Source: Phallusia mammillata (taxonomy: Eukaryota). Taken from it: a stretch of DNA of 64,000 nt. Where the stretch lies: the NCBI GenBank assembly GCA_965637545.1, contig OZ281498.1:11656001-11720000 (forward strand). The letters run 5' to 3'. How positions within the stretch are numbered: the stretch's first letter is position 1; each line of letters starts with the position of its first letter. The position numbers and the translations under genes are program-made. Shown one piece after another: positions 26,242 to 40,100 of this stretch. The notes beneath the pieces were generated by a model. That model saw nothing but the letters and a program-made list of their open reading frames with translations, was not told the DNA's origin and ran no database searches.

Positions 26242-29200
26242 ATGAAAACAAATACACAAGAATGGTCAAACTTGGAAAGCACCGCTGACGATCCTCCTTT
26301 TTTTGCATACCTGCAATGTTGTAAGTTTACTATTCAGTATTCACGTTGTTATTGTGTTGCAAACTTAATTTGTAAACCATTGCTTAATTTTTGATCGTAG
26401 TTTTCCTTTCATGTAACGAACATTTTTCCAATTCGAAAAACACATGACAACTAGAATTTATACAATGTACTTCCTGTATGTAGATGTTTACCTATCCGTT
26501 ATCCTTACATTTCTGAAGGAAATATTACACTTAATTTGTTGAAAAGTTTGTTGAATATTAGTGTGTAGCTTTGCGTTTGCTCTTGGCAATTTTTGTTGAT
26601 ATCATAAAAGAGAAGATTTAAAAGCAGTATGGTAAAACATTTGGTTGGGCAAAATGAAAAATAGAAACCTCTTGGTAATGCTAAATGATTACATGTAAAT
26701 GGGACAAGCAATATAAATATGTGCCTGGTTACTTTCTATTTACAAGTTTATTTATACCACATACAATCTTTGTTTGTTTCAGTTTTTATTTCAATTGCCA
26801 CAATCCTGGGAACTGGGATACTGGGGCTTCCATTAATGTTGTCCAATTGTGGTTTTTATCCATTTGTGGTCACATTTACTATCAGCTATCTCATGCAGGT
26901 TGGTTAAACTGAAAAAAAAAAGTTATGTAATAGAATTTAGTGAAGTTAAAATATGTAATGCTATCTGTCAAGCTAGTAGATTTTGAGATGTTTGTGTAGG
27001 TACCAATTAGCTTTTAAAACCAATATTCTTAGGAACACTATACATTGACTTAAAGAGTAATTTAATCAAAAACAGAACTGCCAGAGAACTTGTGTAGAAA
27101 GAATGCATTATGCAGACGTTTTCAACAATCACTGTTGTCATCATTAGTGCAGGTTGTCAATAGAGCTATGGAACGTGGTTTATATAAGCACTTTGAAAAG
27201 GTCTCCTCTAAAATACGCAAGCTACACAATCTACTTATAAAACGTATGCAGCTTTGACCCAGATCCTAATAGCCCTAACCGTCAACATCTTAGTTAGTTT
27301 TTTTTAGTAAATTGCGTATAGATTGCGTATTTTAGTGTAGCCCCTTTGAAAAAGAGGTAAATGATGCCTTTTTTATATACAAGTTATCTGGCAGTTATGA
27401 TTTTTAATAAAACCAATATTTATTATTAAATTAGGAAAAAAAGTAATTTAATGAGACTGACAATAATGCATTTTCAAACCTAAAGATTGTCTTTTTAGAT
27501 GTTGGTTGTGACTTTAATGGTGGAAGTGTTGCAAATAAGTCAGTCAGCCATTAGCAACTCAATTCATGAGTTCTTGGGTGGAAATCATGAAAACCAAGAA
27601 TTTTTTCCATTAAGACAACACAATTCTGTTCATTCTGCTGACCATGAAGCACTGTAAGTTGTTTAATCAAACTTCAAAAAAAAGTGTCAAAAAAAAAAAT
27701 CAAAATCAAAAAAAAGTGGCCGCAGCATTGTCTACTTGTGTTTTAGCCACATAATATGTATATTTTAGATTTGTTTTGTATTTATAAACAGCTTGACTTA
27801 CTTTACCATGATTTTCCTTTTCACATGCATGGCCTCAGCAATTTGCTTTTACCAAATGTTTAACACTACTTAGTTAAGTTTGAACTAGACATATGTTTTA
27901 TTTCAGAGTGCCAATTGGCCAGACTGACTTTACATGTGAAGATTCAAGTGCAGGCAGTGATGATGATGGTGAAGATATAGGTTTGTTTAAATGGTTCCCA
28001 ACTTGATATATTTTTTGTAATGGAATTACTCTTTTACAGGGGAAAGTATCATTGGTGGCCCTAATAAAAGTGTGGAAGAAATGCATCCTAATTTGCATTT
28101 AATGGGAAAATTGTTTCTACCAAACTGGATGGGATATGTGTTCAGCATAATACTATTTTTAAACTTGTAAGTCATATTGACCTATAATAAGGATTGCCAT
28201 ACCACCCTTATTACTAAGAAGTGTTCTTATTTTGATAGACAATGTCTTATGTGTAAGAAATATGTTCAGTTTTCACTTGCTTTCATATTTGTCTTAGTTT
28301 CTTTCTGTCTCATAAAATATCATAAAAAACTACTCCCATTTAAAAAATGCAGCATTAAATTTTAACATATTGAAGCAGCTAGATTGGACGTTGGTTTTGC
28401 ACTAAAGATTCTGTATGTTTCTTTTCATATCTATCTGGCATTAATTAGTATTTTCCCCAAAAACCTTTCGTTTAATTTTGTTTCAAACATTAAGATTGGT
28501 TCCATGTCAATCTGATCATTAGACCCTGATGCATGACAATCCTAGCTAAAATGTATACACAACCAACTTTTTTTTCAAATTTTACTTGTACTAATAGCAC
28601 ATCAACTCTCATTTCATATGTGTTAGCTGGCAGCGAATCATATGGTCAACTTCTTAGTATCAAGTAAGTTTTATTTGCGAGTTTGCGAGTTTGCTATTAT
28701 TCAACTAAAGCATTCATTTTGTTCAGTTATGTCAAGGTGATACCAGTTTTTATGTGGACTTTAACTATTTTTATTTTGCTTGCATTTCAATTCTTGCAAC
28801 CAGTAATTGCCTTGATGACTTTAGCAAAGGGGTCAATTTTAATTGTTACAGTGAGTGTGTTTATTTTGTACAAAAAAAAACTTGAAATAAAACTACGTGC
28901 TTTTCTGGCAGATTATGGTAACATGTTATGTAAGTATTGAAATACACACTCCCATCTCTAACAATTGGTTAAAGCTGAACGAACCGTTTTTAATGGAAGC
29001 TGTTGCATTGGGAGGTCTTCCATTGGTAAGTAGTACACATAAAGTTAACAATATTCAATAAAATGGTATGTATTGTATTCACGACAAAGTTGGTATTGAT
29101 GTTGCTCCTTTTATAATGAGTAGGTGATGCCAATGCTTTTTGGAAGGTTTAGTGCAAAAGAAGCACATGTAAAAGGGTTTCGAGCATCAATATTTGCTGG

Positions 29201-31759
29201 TCTCACAGTTTGTATGTTGCTGAATATTGCTTGGTAAGTAGCAATTCTATATGTTTTGTTTTTAATTGTTGCCCTAATTGCATTAATTTTAGTGTGAATG
29301 TGTTTTCTCTTTGATTAAGTGAAATAAACTATTGTTGAAATAAAAACATCTATACTTTCAAAACCATGTGAAGTGGCACTGTACTGATTTGCTGCAAATA
29401 CTCAATGGTGAAGTAAAATGAGAAAATTTCATTGATAATTCAGACTTCCAATTAATATAAACCCTGTGTGTTTAGGTGTTGGGCAGTGCTTAGTGTGGTT
29501 CCTCAAATTGAATCTAATTGCAACGGGACTATTGGCGTGGCTAGTTTGATCGGCAACCAATCATCTGTGTTGCATGGAGACGAAGTCACGACTGCCACAG
29601 TCCCTGTCACAACGGCGCCAGTGGGCGCTAGTGAGTTGGTTAAATGCGACCCCGCGATGAGTTTACAAGGGTATGTTGAGCCTTGAGAAACTTTTAAAAT
29701 ATTTATCTTGTTCTTAACTAGGATTTAATGTTTTTTTTTCTTAGGATTATATATCCACGAGTTTTTTGACATACAAAGTATTGGTAATACGACATGCAGC
29801 CAATTTTTATGCAAAATCAAACTTGCATTCTTGCGCTATACTGCATTATTCTGGCCTTTTATTGACTGTGCTGTATTAGTCATACAGTGCTCAAATAGTT
29901 GAAGATAAGTCTTCATCAAAACTTGTGCGGCAAATTAATCTTAACCACATTTATTACTTACCTTTCAGGGCTAAAGAAAACGGACTAATCTCAACCGTCC
30001 CACTTACGCAGGTGCGAGGATCAACAGATTATGCTCTACTTAAAATACTCTGTTAATATGTCATATCGTACTTTTGCAGTTCATCAAAAAATACCGTCCA
30101 GATTTCGATTGGATTGCAACCCTGCTCCAACTCTTCATAATGATCAGCGTCACTGTTTCCTACCTCACCATAGGCTCAGCTATGCAGCACACCGGTAAGT
30201 CATTCAAATGGATGGTAGGATAAACTTGTATTAATCTCCTTGTAGATTCTGTTAACAGATACGTTGCTATTGTCTTTTTTTGCATTTGCAAAACATATTT
30301 TCTAGGTCAAGTCCTCGGTTGATAAAAAAATAGTGGTCAATATAAACGACATGTGTAGCAAATTCGTCCTGACACAAAGGATATTTTGCCCCAAAGAAAG
30401 TTTTTGACAGTTTGTCGGCATAAACTTTGTGTATTTCTAGTTATCGGTGCAGTGGATTACATTATTCGCTCAAGGCGTAAGTGCAAGTTGGTGAACATCT
30501 TGCCGACTTTCTGTGCACCGAATGCGTAAGTTAACTTACCCACTTCCTGTTTATTTCACCCTGAAACCATTTTTTGTATTTTTAGGTTATGGCACATTGG
30601 TTTCGGCGTCCTGGCTTTTCTCGTTGTATTCTTGGTTGCTTTGTCTGATCCCAAGGTAAGTCATGACTTCGTAAGGCTTGAAAGCTTGTGTGCGTATTGC
30701 AACCAACCGTTTAACCGACCCGCAAGTAATAGCGTAACTACGTCGTTAGGTTGAATCAAGGTTACTTTTAAACCAACTGTAATTTTGTATCATTCGTTTT
30801 GCTTTGTGCAATTTTTGCAACATGTTTAGCACTAGTTGGCCTTTTCCTTTACGTTGCGTTGTGTTACTTTCACTGTGTGTGGTTACCTTCAGGAAACCCA
30901 CACAATAATCTTTTAGGGTGATTTATGTTTGCGTGCAACAGTTCTAACCCAAAAGGAAAACCTGTATGCTTATTCGTACCCCCTGTGTCAGGTAAACAAA
31001 CTCGAGGTGATTTCACCCGAAATGTGGTTGCTTGTTCGTTCCGGTGAGCTATAGTTTCGCATATTTCGTCGCTTCCAATAACACAGTTTTTTAGTGAAAC
31101 TTTCGGCGAGCGAGCATTTAGTTCCGCTACTCAAGACTTTAAATCCCCGCACTGTTGATTCATCAACAGGGCTCGGGTCAAATGCGTGCCCGGAGGTAAT
31201 TATGCAATTTCCAACGAAACTTCACATTTTCTATCACCACTAAATGCTTTTCATTCTCTATTTACTCGAAAATTTGGGCAAAATGGGTTAAAACTGATAA
31301 AAGGATTCATTCCGCTCCTCAAATACATGCGGTTTAAAATTTAGAGCATTTTTCAATTGGCTGCAAAATTACATTTTAAAAGCTAAGTTCATAATGGAAC
31401 GAACACTTGGCACAAAATGTTCTTGACTATTTTTTTTTGCCACTTCACAATTTATGTAAAACGTTTTATTGATAAAACGACAACTAAAGATCTCATTAAT
31501 GAATCTTTGTTGATATTACCAGGGCTTTGTGAACATTCTTGATAAGATCGTCTCGTGCACTGTGAACCTTATATGTGGCCCGCTGCTCTTCCTCATGTTG
31601 GTCAAAGGTCGTTCACGAACCTTCCGCCATCTTGTCATACCGCTTCAGACACATCCCAACATACGCAAGTGGCATTATGTTCTGCCAATATTTTTCGGCG
31701 GGGCAATTTTGTACGAACTTGTTTCTGGGATAATTAACGCAATCTTAGTCACCTCATGA
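26242..31759 (+). CDS. APC-superfamily amino-acid permease (AAAP/HAAAP-like, SLC36/38-related fold)
   Basis: In-frame exons 26242-26320, 26783-26898, 27499-27653, 27907-27980, 28040-28166, 28598-28663, 28727-28850, 28912-29025, 29124-29233, 29476-29670, 29969-30011, 30080-30194, 30441-30525, 30586-30655, 31523-31759. TM1 motif ISIATILGTGILGLP; further TM segments LISYVLAGSESYGQLL, EPFLMEAVALGG, MISVTVSYLTIGSAM. Confidence 0.85.
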
Positions 31760-34102
31760 GTTTTCTGGGGTCGTGTTTGCATTTTTAGTATTTATTCTTT
31801 TAGTTTTTTTTATTTCTACGGTGCTATTATACTTAAGGTTTATTTTGAAAAACATAAACAAGTAAAGGTTAAAAATAATAACCAAGCATAAATTTCAATA
31901 ATTAAACAGAAATAGTTTTGGCTTATCACAACCTTTCGAAGTGATCTAAGTTTTAACGAATCATTAGCAGATTAAGTTGTGTTTCCAATTCCTTTTCGTT
32001 GCGACCTGTAGTTTTTGGGGTCTTGATATGCATTTACCTCCAGTCTTGTTAAATATTGTCTTACCAATAGGCAATTTACGTGTAAAAATTGCTACTTGTA
32101 CATACCTGGAAGACTCGGTACAGTGTAATACTTTGTGCAATATCTAGTTGGAATAGTTTTCTCCCCATATGATGTTTTTCCGTCGTTTGTGTTTAGACCT
32201 TCCACTTTTCTCGTTACGACAGTGATTGCAATCCTATTTCATGGCACAACATATTGCACACGCCATATAACGCAGAAATGTTGCATTTCAAAGGTGACCA
32301 TTAAGAGCACTTGCCTATTATAGTGAGAGGTTTTACCTTCCCCTTGTTTTTGGTTGTTATTTTATTTATATTATAAGAGAAAGTTTTATAAATGGTCAGA
32401 TTAATAAATATATGTTTTAAATTCATTTTACGCATCAATAGAAATATACCCGTGTACGTTGCTGATTTACAATCGCACACTTTGTTTATATTTGCAATGA
32501 CAACCTTCCAGTTTGTGCCTTGAATTACCTGTTTCGTTTTTGTGTATGAACTCAACCGTGCCTTACCTAAATACATCGTTATTCGTCTAAGGAACTTTTG
32601 ACTTCATTTCCTTTCTCGGGGTTAATTATTATGCGATATTGCCGCTTGCGTCATAAGCACGCGGTCTTAGAACACGACGCAAATCGGTTTCATGTATATT
32701 TCATGCCACAAACTACACTTCATGCCAACTCTTGGCACATGTAACCCCATACAAGTTTCCTTCTAGCCGCAGATGCGTAGGCGACGAATAGCATTCTATC
32801 TTTGTTCCATATTCCAGGAGTGACCGCATGGTTAACTACGTGCACTGCGGCTTGGTGCTTCTCCTATACCCCAGCTCTAATCTCTGACTCAGTCGTTTGA
32901 ATTACCCTAAGCCTTGTGTATTGCCGGTCTAAAATACTTTGCTATCCGAGTTTGAACTCTTACTCATGCGTATACCCATCTATACATGAGCGTTGTATCT
33001 GCCGGCTATTTAAAAAGTTCAAATTCATAAGGAAACTGTTGGTTAAACGCTGATCTTATCTGGAATTTAATACATACGCTGACAGGTAAGAGTTTCGCGG
33101 CTAAAACACCGTAGGAATGTTTCATATTATCTTATTATTTTCTGCCGCAGGTAAAAGTTCACTGCAAAATTTGATCAAGTTCGTGTCTGAAATGTCTAAA
33201 GTCCAGATGTTATGTTTACACGTCATATAATCGAATATTACAATCAATTACGTTGCTACCGACTATCTTTGGTGCTGCACCGCTGTTGTTGGACTCGCAT
33301 TTTTTACTCAATTCCTTAACTGAATCTCAAAAACAGTCGCATCGAAACAGTTTAAACAAAAGAAATGAACTTCCTTCTCTACTCCAATTTGGCCCTCTCA
33401 AGCAAGGGTTATTCTGGTCATTAAATCTGCGCCAACAGTGCTACCTCGCCAAGCGGATGTTAAGCCTCGTTTGCCCTCCCCCGCCTTATTCGCTCGTCAA
33501 CAACCTTCAAACCCCAAGAAGTGTCCCATTTTCAAAGCCGACCTTTTAATTAGACCCGTGTGTTGACAACAACGCAATTGGATACGTAATGACTGCATCA
33601 GTAGTTTGCATACACACGTTGTTGTGCCCGATTATAGCAGGATTACTGAAGCTGAATGTTGAGACCAGAAACAGTCATTAAAGTATATTTATCTCGGTGC
33701 AAAAAGCGTGATTGTTATCGTGCATGAAGTGGAAGTGGCAAGAAAACAAGTAAGTTGGCTTGAAATTCGTGGCCACACGACGTGAAGTAAAATAAGGGAT
33801 TGCAAGGAAAAAAGCACTGAACGTCATGATTGAGTCTCTTTTGAGCTAAGGATTTTGGTCAACGTACGGACCAAACGGTGTGTTTAATTATTTATGCTTC
33901 AAACAGTATCAAATTCAATTTCATAAAGTTACGTTCAAAATTCCTTAAAGAGCCCAATCACGTCTACAATCTATAAAGTCTAACTTGTCGACTCTTTAAT
34001 CACATTTAACAGTAACAAGCCTGCGAGGTAGCAGATAAATAATTAAAAACCATCATAAATAAGCGTGAAGCTTGAGTTAAGCCAAGTGCAAGAAAAACTT
34101 GG

Positions 34103-37100
34103 TCAAACACTTGTTCCATGTTGCAATCTTCCCCTTTCTTTGTCTCTGCGGGTCACGAGGTACAACGCCAAAGAGTAGAAGCAGCAGCCAAAGACCAGCT
34201 GAAGACTTGTGCAACCGAAAAAGGTTTGACGCAAACGACGCTTATCGTAAATCTGCCGACATACAAGAGATCTTGTTACACGAGTTTCATACCTGTGTAA
34301 ATTCTGAAAAATTTTAACATTTGGGAAATTAAGCTGTTTAAGTTCCTTTAAATTTTTAAACACTGCGAAAAAATTACTTTGATGTACATGTAATAAGGTT
34401 TTGAATGCGATTCCAAGGCAGGACTTTTCGATTGAAAGTTAACCAAGGAAGTGTTTTGATTATACCTAATGCGTTGGATAAATTTTTACCTTGTTTGACC
34501 ATGTCGTACAATAAAACGTTCAGGTCACGAGCTTTAAGGCACCAAACATTAAACATTGGCAGAAAAAGGGCAATATAGTGGGTGGTTAGGGTTAAGGTGT
34601 ACCCATGAACCGTGGTGTAAGTTTATTTCCGTTTGCTCATCTTTCTGGCCCTCAAAGGATCACTGCTGTTGACTTGTTGTTTTAACGAATACTCAAATTA
34701 AGAAAACGATTGTTTTAGCTGCTTCTCATGTGGAACCATTAGTTTAGAGTTAGTGTCAGAAGTTGGTTCGTTTTCAACCCTAAATCGTCACTCTACTCTT
34801 TAATTAAAATAATAAATAAGTTAATTAAACAATGCCTTTGTATTTTATTTTTGTTTTGCAATTGTTGATTAACACCAATGTGTGCTTTGAATGAGGACTG
34901 AGCCAAAAAAATCTCTGCATGTTAGATAAATTAGTTAGTACAAGCACTGATCCTGTCAAAATGGAGGACCGGCATTCTACGAGGTTTCGAAGTGATTAGC
35001 TTCAAGGCAAACAAGAAGGAAAGCTTGATTATCCGAAACAAAAATACGATCTACTGCCCATACCGGTCACACGGTGGTCGGGTTGCTATTAAGCTTCTGC
35101 GACAACAGACAGCTACTGATTTGGCTCACGTGATACTAGCATTGGTCCCGTGCCGATAGTAATGAGGTAAAAGCGTGGCAGTTTCTGACTTGATTGTAAA
35201 CGTTAGGGGCGCAAGGAAATTTTGTTTTCAAAGCCTTTTGTCCATCGAAACCTTGTCAGTGAGGGTGTTAACATTGCTGCTTTAGAACACCAGTTGTGTT
35301 AAATAGGTCTACTATAGGATACCAAAACAACACCGTAAACTGGGAAGATATTTATACAAACAGTGACTTTACGGGCTTATCAAGAAACCCAGAGCGAAAT
35401 TTGTAACAATACTCAACTGAGTTGTGATTGTAGGAATCATTGTAAAATATTGCAGTTTTCGCAACTACCCATTGCAATTTGGTCATTGTTCAACAGTCAA
35501 AGACTCAAAGCAGTAAGTTACGTAAATCAGGGGTGTCAAACTCGTGGGGTTCGAGGGCCACATTGCGGTTTGAAAATTAAGCCGAGGGCCGCATGTGATT
35601 TTTAATCAAGGTTTATACACTTAAACAACCTATTCGCTACGACGGCCGCATTGCAGATCCTTATTTCACCAACAGCCGCCAATTACCTGCTGGTTTTTGA
35701 TTTAAAATTACAGATGTAAAAAAATAGGTTTCATATATACATATACCATCTATTGACGTCCCCAAAACCCAGATTAATTTCCAACTTGATGCAGAGATCG
35801 AGCTGCACAGTATGAAGATCAGTATTAACTGTTTATTACGTCATAATCTATATTGTGACCCATTTGGTGCCTGTTTTTTCGCATTGTTTGTACACAATAG
35901 GCCTACAAAAGGTCTGTCGCATATGGCTACTAGGCTAGTAATACTCTTTTCAGTAACACAAAATCTGTTTAGGGCAGTTTGAAAATCAAAATTTTTGCCA
36001 AAGGAATTTTAATTACATATGTTTACGGCCGCTCAAACTTGTTTCTGCATGTGGGCCGTAAACTCGTTTCTGCATGTGGGACGGTTTGATGAACGGATTA
36101 ATTACTATCGTTTCTATTCATAACATATAAGACAAAATACTACAATTGTTGTTGAGTGTTCGTGGGCCGCATTGGAGAGCTTCGCGGGCCGCGAGTTTGA
36201 CACCCCTGACGTAAATAGTTACAAACATAGAGCTACTTCAGCAAAACAAGAAAACAGAAAACAGCCAGTCACCTCGCAGCGTTGCGACTTTGAAAAAGTG
36301 TCATGTGTTGAGTTGATCCACAGCAAGCATGCAGTATCAATAGCTGAACCCACGTAAACCGGGGCAGGGATCCAAGCCAACACCCGAGTAAAAACAAACA
36401 CGATCCCGATAGCGAATGCCTGCACAAAACCAAGGGCTTGGTTACCACTCATCAACAACACAAGATAAAAATCTGTTTGTAGGTTGTTAATTGTCTGGGT
36501 TTATTTTTCAAAAACCATTTATTCGACTGGAAGAAACTTTGGACGGTCAGTTTTTTTGTAGCTGTATATCGGGCACTAGTGCTCTGTTCACGTTTCTGTA
36601 GTTTAGTTTGCGTCTTAAGTTAGATGTACGCATCTTAAGAACGCCTGCCAATATTACAGACCCGCAATAGAAGCGCCAAAGAACACTGCATTAATTAACC
36701 TTATCGGCAGGCGGCACCACTTTTAAGATAGTGAGCGTTGATGGAGTGGACGAAATTCCTGCTGTCATGCTTGCAGTACCCATCACTGCAACAAAGATGG
36801 CCAACCGCTGCCAGCAACTTGGTCGCGGACACATTCCGGGTTGAACGGATATTCCAGCGCCCCTGAGTTCCATTTCGGGAAGGACTTGTTGTTTCGCCAA
36901 GCAGCGACAATCGGTGAAGATCTGCAAAAGATCGGAAACGATTTGCTGGTTATAACCGTCGCCACTGCACTTGTTTGTATCCAGTCATCGCTCGGCAATT
37001 TCCAGCAACTTGCGATTACGACTTATAGCAATGCCGCGTGGCAAAGCTTGAACTACAAACACTGGCATAATGCCACTGTGTCCATACAACAACGGCGGTC

Positions 37101-40100
37101 GTTGACACTTAGCTTTGACCTCACGTTACAAACATGCTTATCCTGGAATTAGTAAGCGGATTTGACCAAATCCTATACACTGAGGTCTCACCTGTGATCC
37201 GTCCTTCCAGTGCATTTGCGTACAGCCTGCGTGACACGCTGATCGGTACGTAATGTTCATAGTGACGTCACAGACCGGAGAGTAAGTGTCTGTGCAGGCG
37301 CAGGAGCCAATGCAAGATGACCTTTACGATAAAACGTTTTAAAGGTTAACACAGGTTCGGAAATATCCGAATCATGTATGTTCAATAAATAGTGTTCCAG
37401 CAGGAAATTATCAACAAAAAATAAAGCGATGCCACTTTTCGTTGGGCAATTAGAGATATTGTGTATGAGTATTTACGAATCAAATGGTGGTTACGATTAG
37501 TATTTTTTGGAATAAAAAAGACTTTTCTCCAGGGTGTATCAGATTTGATTTGTGTTTTGGTAGCACTCACAGCTCACGCTAACACATAACAAAAGAAATT
37601 AGCTTACGGCGCCGAATCTTTTAGGCCAACAACCTCTCCCTCCTCGCAACCGAGAAACAGTAAGATCCCCACCGCTATAGACGTCATCAAGAGGGCAAGC
37701 AGGACGACGTTAAGGGTTCTTTTCACTGTAAGGTTACGTCGCCGGATGATCCAACCGCCGAGAATGTTGCCCACAACGGCCAAAGGAAGGTTTACACAGC
37801 CTGCAGAACAAAGCCTGAATGAGGAACTGTTGGTTTTGTATAGTGATGCACCGAAGTTTCGGTTGGCCGAAACATTTCGGCCGAAACCGCTGTTTTCCAA
37901 TGTTTCGGTTTCGGCCCGAACTTTTTAGAAAATTCGGCCGAAACCGAACTTTTTTATTGCATGGAATTGAGGCCTTAAAATTTCATTTACGCCCATACGA
38001 AACATCATTAATAAACTTTTTGTTGTATCTATGAAATACCAGCCACGTTGTCTGCAAAATATTAGATGTTTAGCAAAGTTTACCCATTGTGAAAGTGATT
38101 TTAGTTTGTCAAAATTGAGTTCACTCGCATCAACAACACAAGGTTCAGTCGAAACCATCCAAAAAACGGGGATTTTAGGTTCGGCCTGATTCGGCCGAAA
38201 TTATTCGGCCTCATGGCCGAATATTCGGTTTCGGCCCGAACCTTTTTAGGCGGGTTCGGTGCATCACTAGTTTTGTACGCCTGGTGCCTGTGTTTTCAAC
38301 AATGCATTTTCTTGCTTATGTCTGGGCACATGATTGCTTGCAGGCCGCCAGAGAGATAAGGTCCACGGCCAAATATTGCTTGGGCCAACGGGCTCTCGCC
38401 CCGGTCGGACGTGCGTCACTTACAAGTGTGACGAATAGCAGCTAATCCTCAGCTGTTGGAACACTACTGTTCGGGAACTAATTTGAGAAAGCCGCACAGT
38501 CGTTAATCATAACATATTTGCTGCCTTGTTGCCCTTAGTTTACCATTTTGTTTATACTGCCGGATAAAGATACATTTGTACCACAAGTGGCTTAAAGTGT
38601 CAAACCTTGGATTAAACTATTGCTAAACCTGATGAGTATTTAGATTCCCTGTAAAGTGTTTGGAGTAACATAACGTAACTTGCTTTGTTTTGTTGTTGCG
38701 GGGTCATAGATAATTTGGCTTGCGACGTGATAGAACAGACATGGCATTCAATCGTCATTATGTGACGCAAGAAATAATCTTAAATTATTTGTTGTTGGTC
38801 GTTACTTGGTGAGTTTTACTTCCAGTGATGTAAAGCAAACTTCAATTATGACTTCCTTGTGTGGTACATCCACTGTTGAACATGATGAGCTATTTTTGCC
38901 GTCCTTATAATATTGGATTGTTTGTGAGATCCTACTGATTTTATGATGGGAAAGATGATGCCAACGCATTATTACACAGAATTAACGAGAAAAATATCTT
39001 TATCGCGGAATATTTCAAATATCTTACCGTTAAGTAGGTTGGCTCGGGATGCTGAAAGGTCGAATTGCGTTTCCATGTACTTTGACGCGTAGGTAATGGA
39101 GGCAGCAAGGAAACTTGTAAGACTGACGAATCCAAGTGTGATGGAGATGAACACGGGGTCCCGGAGGAGCCCTTTCATCGTAAACGCGAAATCTGATGCG
39201 TAAACAAACTGATAAGACGTGACGCCAAAAGCACGAATCGGCTCAACCGAATGTGGCAACCACTTTGTGGGTCTTGTAACGTTTGTGCACTCACGACCGA
39301 AGATAAGCTATTCTCCTAATTACCGCACATGCGTAGTTTGGCGTTTTATGTCATTTGCGATAGTCGCTTATCATATGGGGAATTGAGATACATGCGAAAA
39401 ATAAATGAGTCAGGCTCAATTTTTGAGAAAACCGACCAAGCAGGTTGACAGATCATAGCAATGCCAATAACTATATCGTTTCATAAATAACCTTGAATTA
39501 AAGGAAAATTAACTACGTGTCACACAACACACAAATTCTATCAACAATGCCAAATCACATATTAAATCCAAACAATAAAAATAGCTTTTAATACTGGCCT
39601 TAAGTCCAAAATTTACCTTTTAATGAAGCTGTACTGGGGGAATTGTTCAGTGTGTTCACAGTGCGGCCCCACACACCCTTGTTGATCAGACAGTCAGTTT
39701 GGTGAATGCTATAAGCACGAGACATCCTCCTCTTGTTGCTGCTGTGAATAGCAGGGGCAGAAGCCGATCGTCGAAATCGCCGCTGTCCATGGCTTGCTTG
39801 TTTTTCGTCTCCTACTGATTTGGTTCTCATCGAATCAGCGTCCAAGTAGCAGACAGTTTTGCCATTTGGTTTATGTATTGCTTCCGAGTAGGTGGAAAAG
39901 CGACAGTCGTTATCTTTGCGCTGTGGCGTCAAGTCCATGCTTTGTGACGTTCCTTCGACGCGACTATATCGAGCACGCGGTATAGAATCCTCTTCTGTTT
40001 GAAGAAGCGGTGGTTGTTCTTCATCGTCAGCTGTAGGTAAACCGTCACCATCGTCTGAAGATTCAGATTCGTCCTGGTCGGAAAAATAAACCTTGATGCA

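Noticed and set aside
35456-35512. Plus-strand AG...GTAAGT exon-like segment inside the last SLCO intron
   Set aside because: No partner exons or recognisable peptide.
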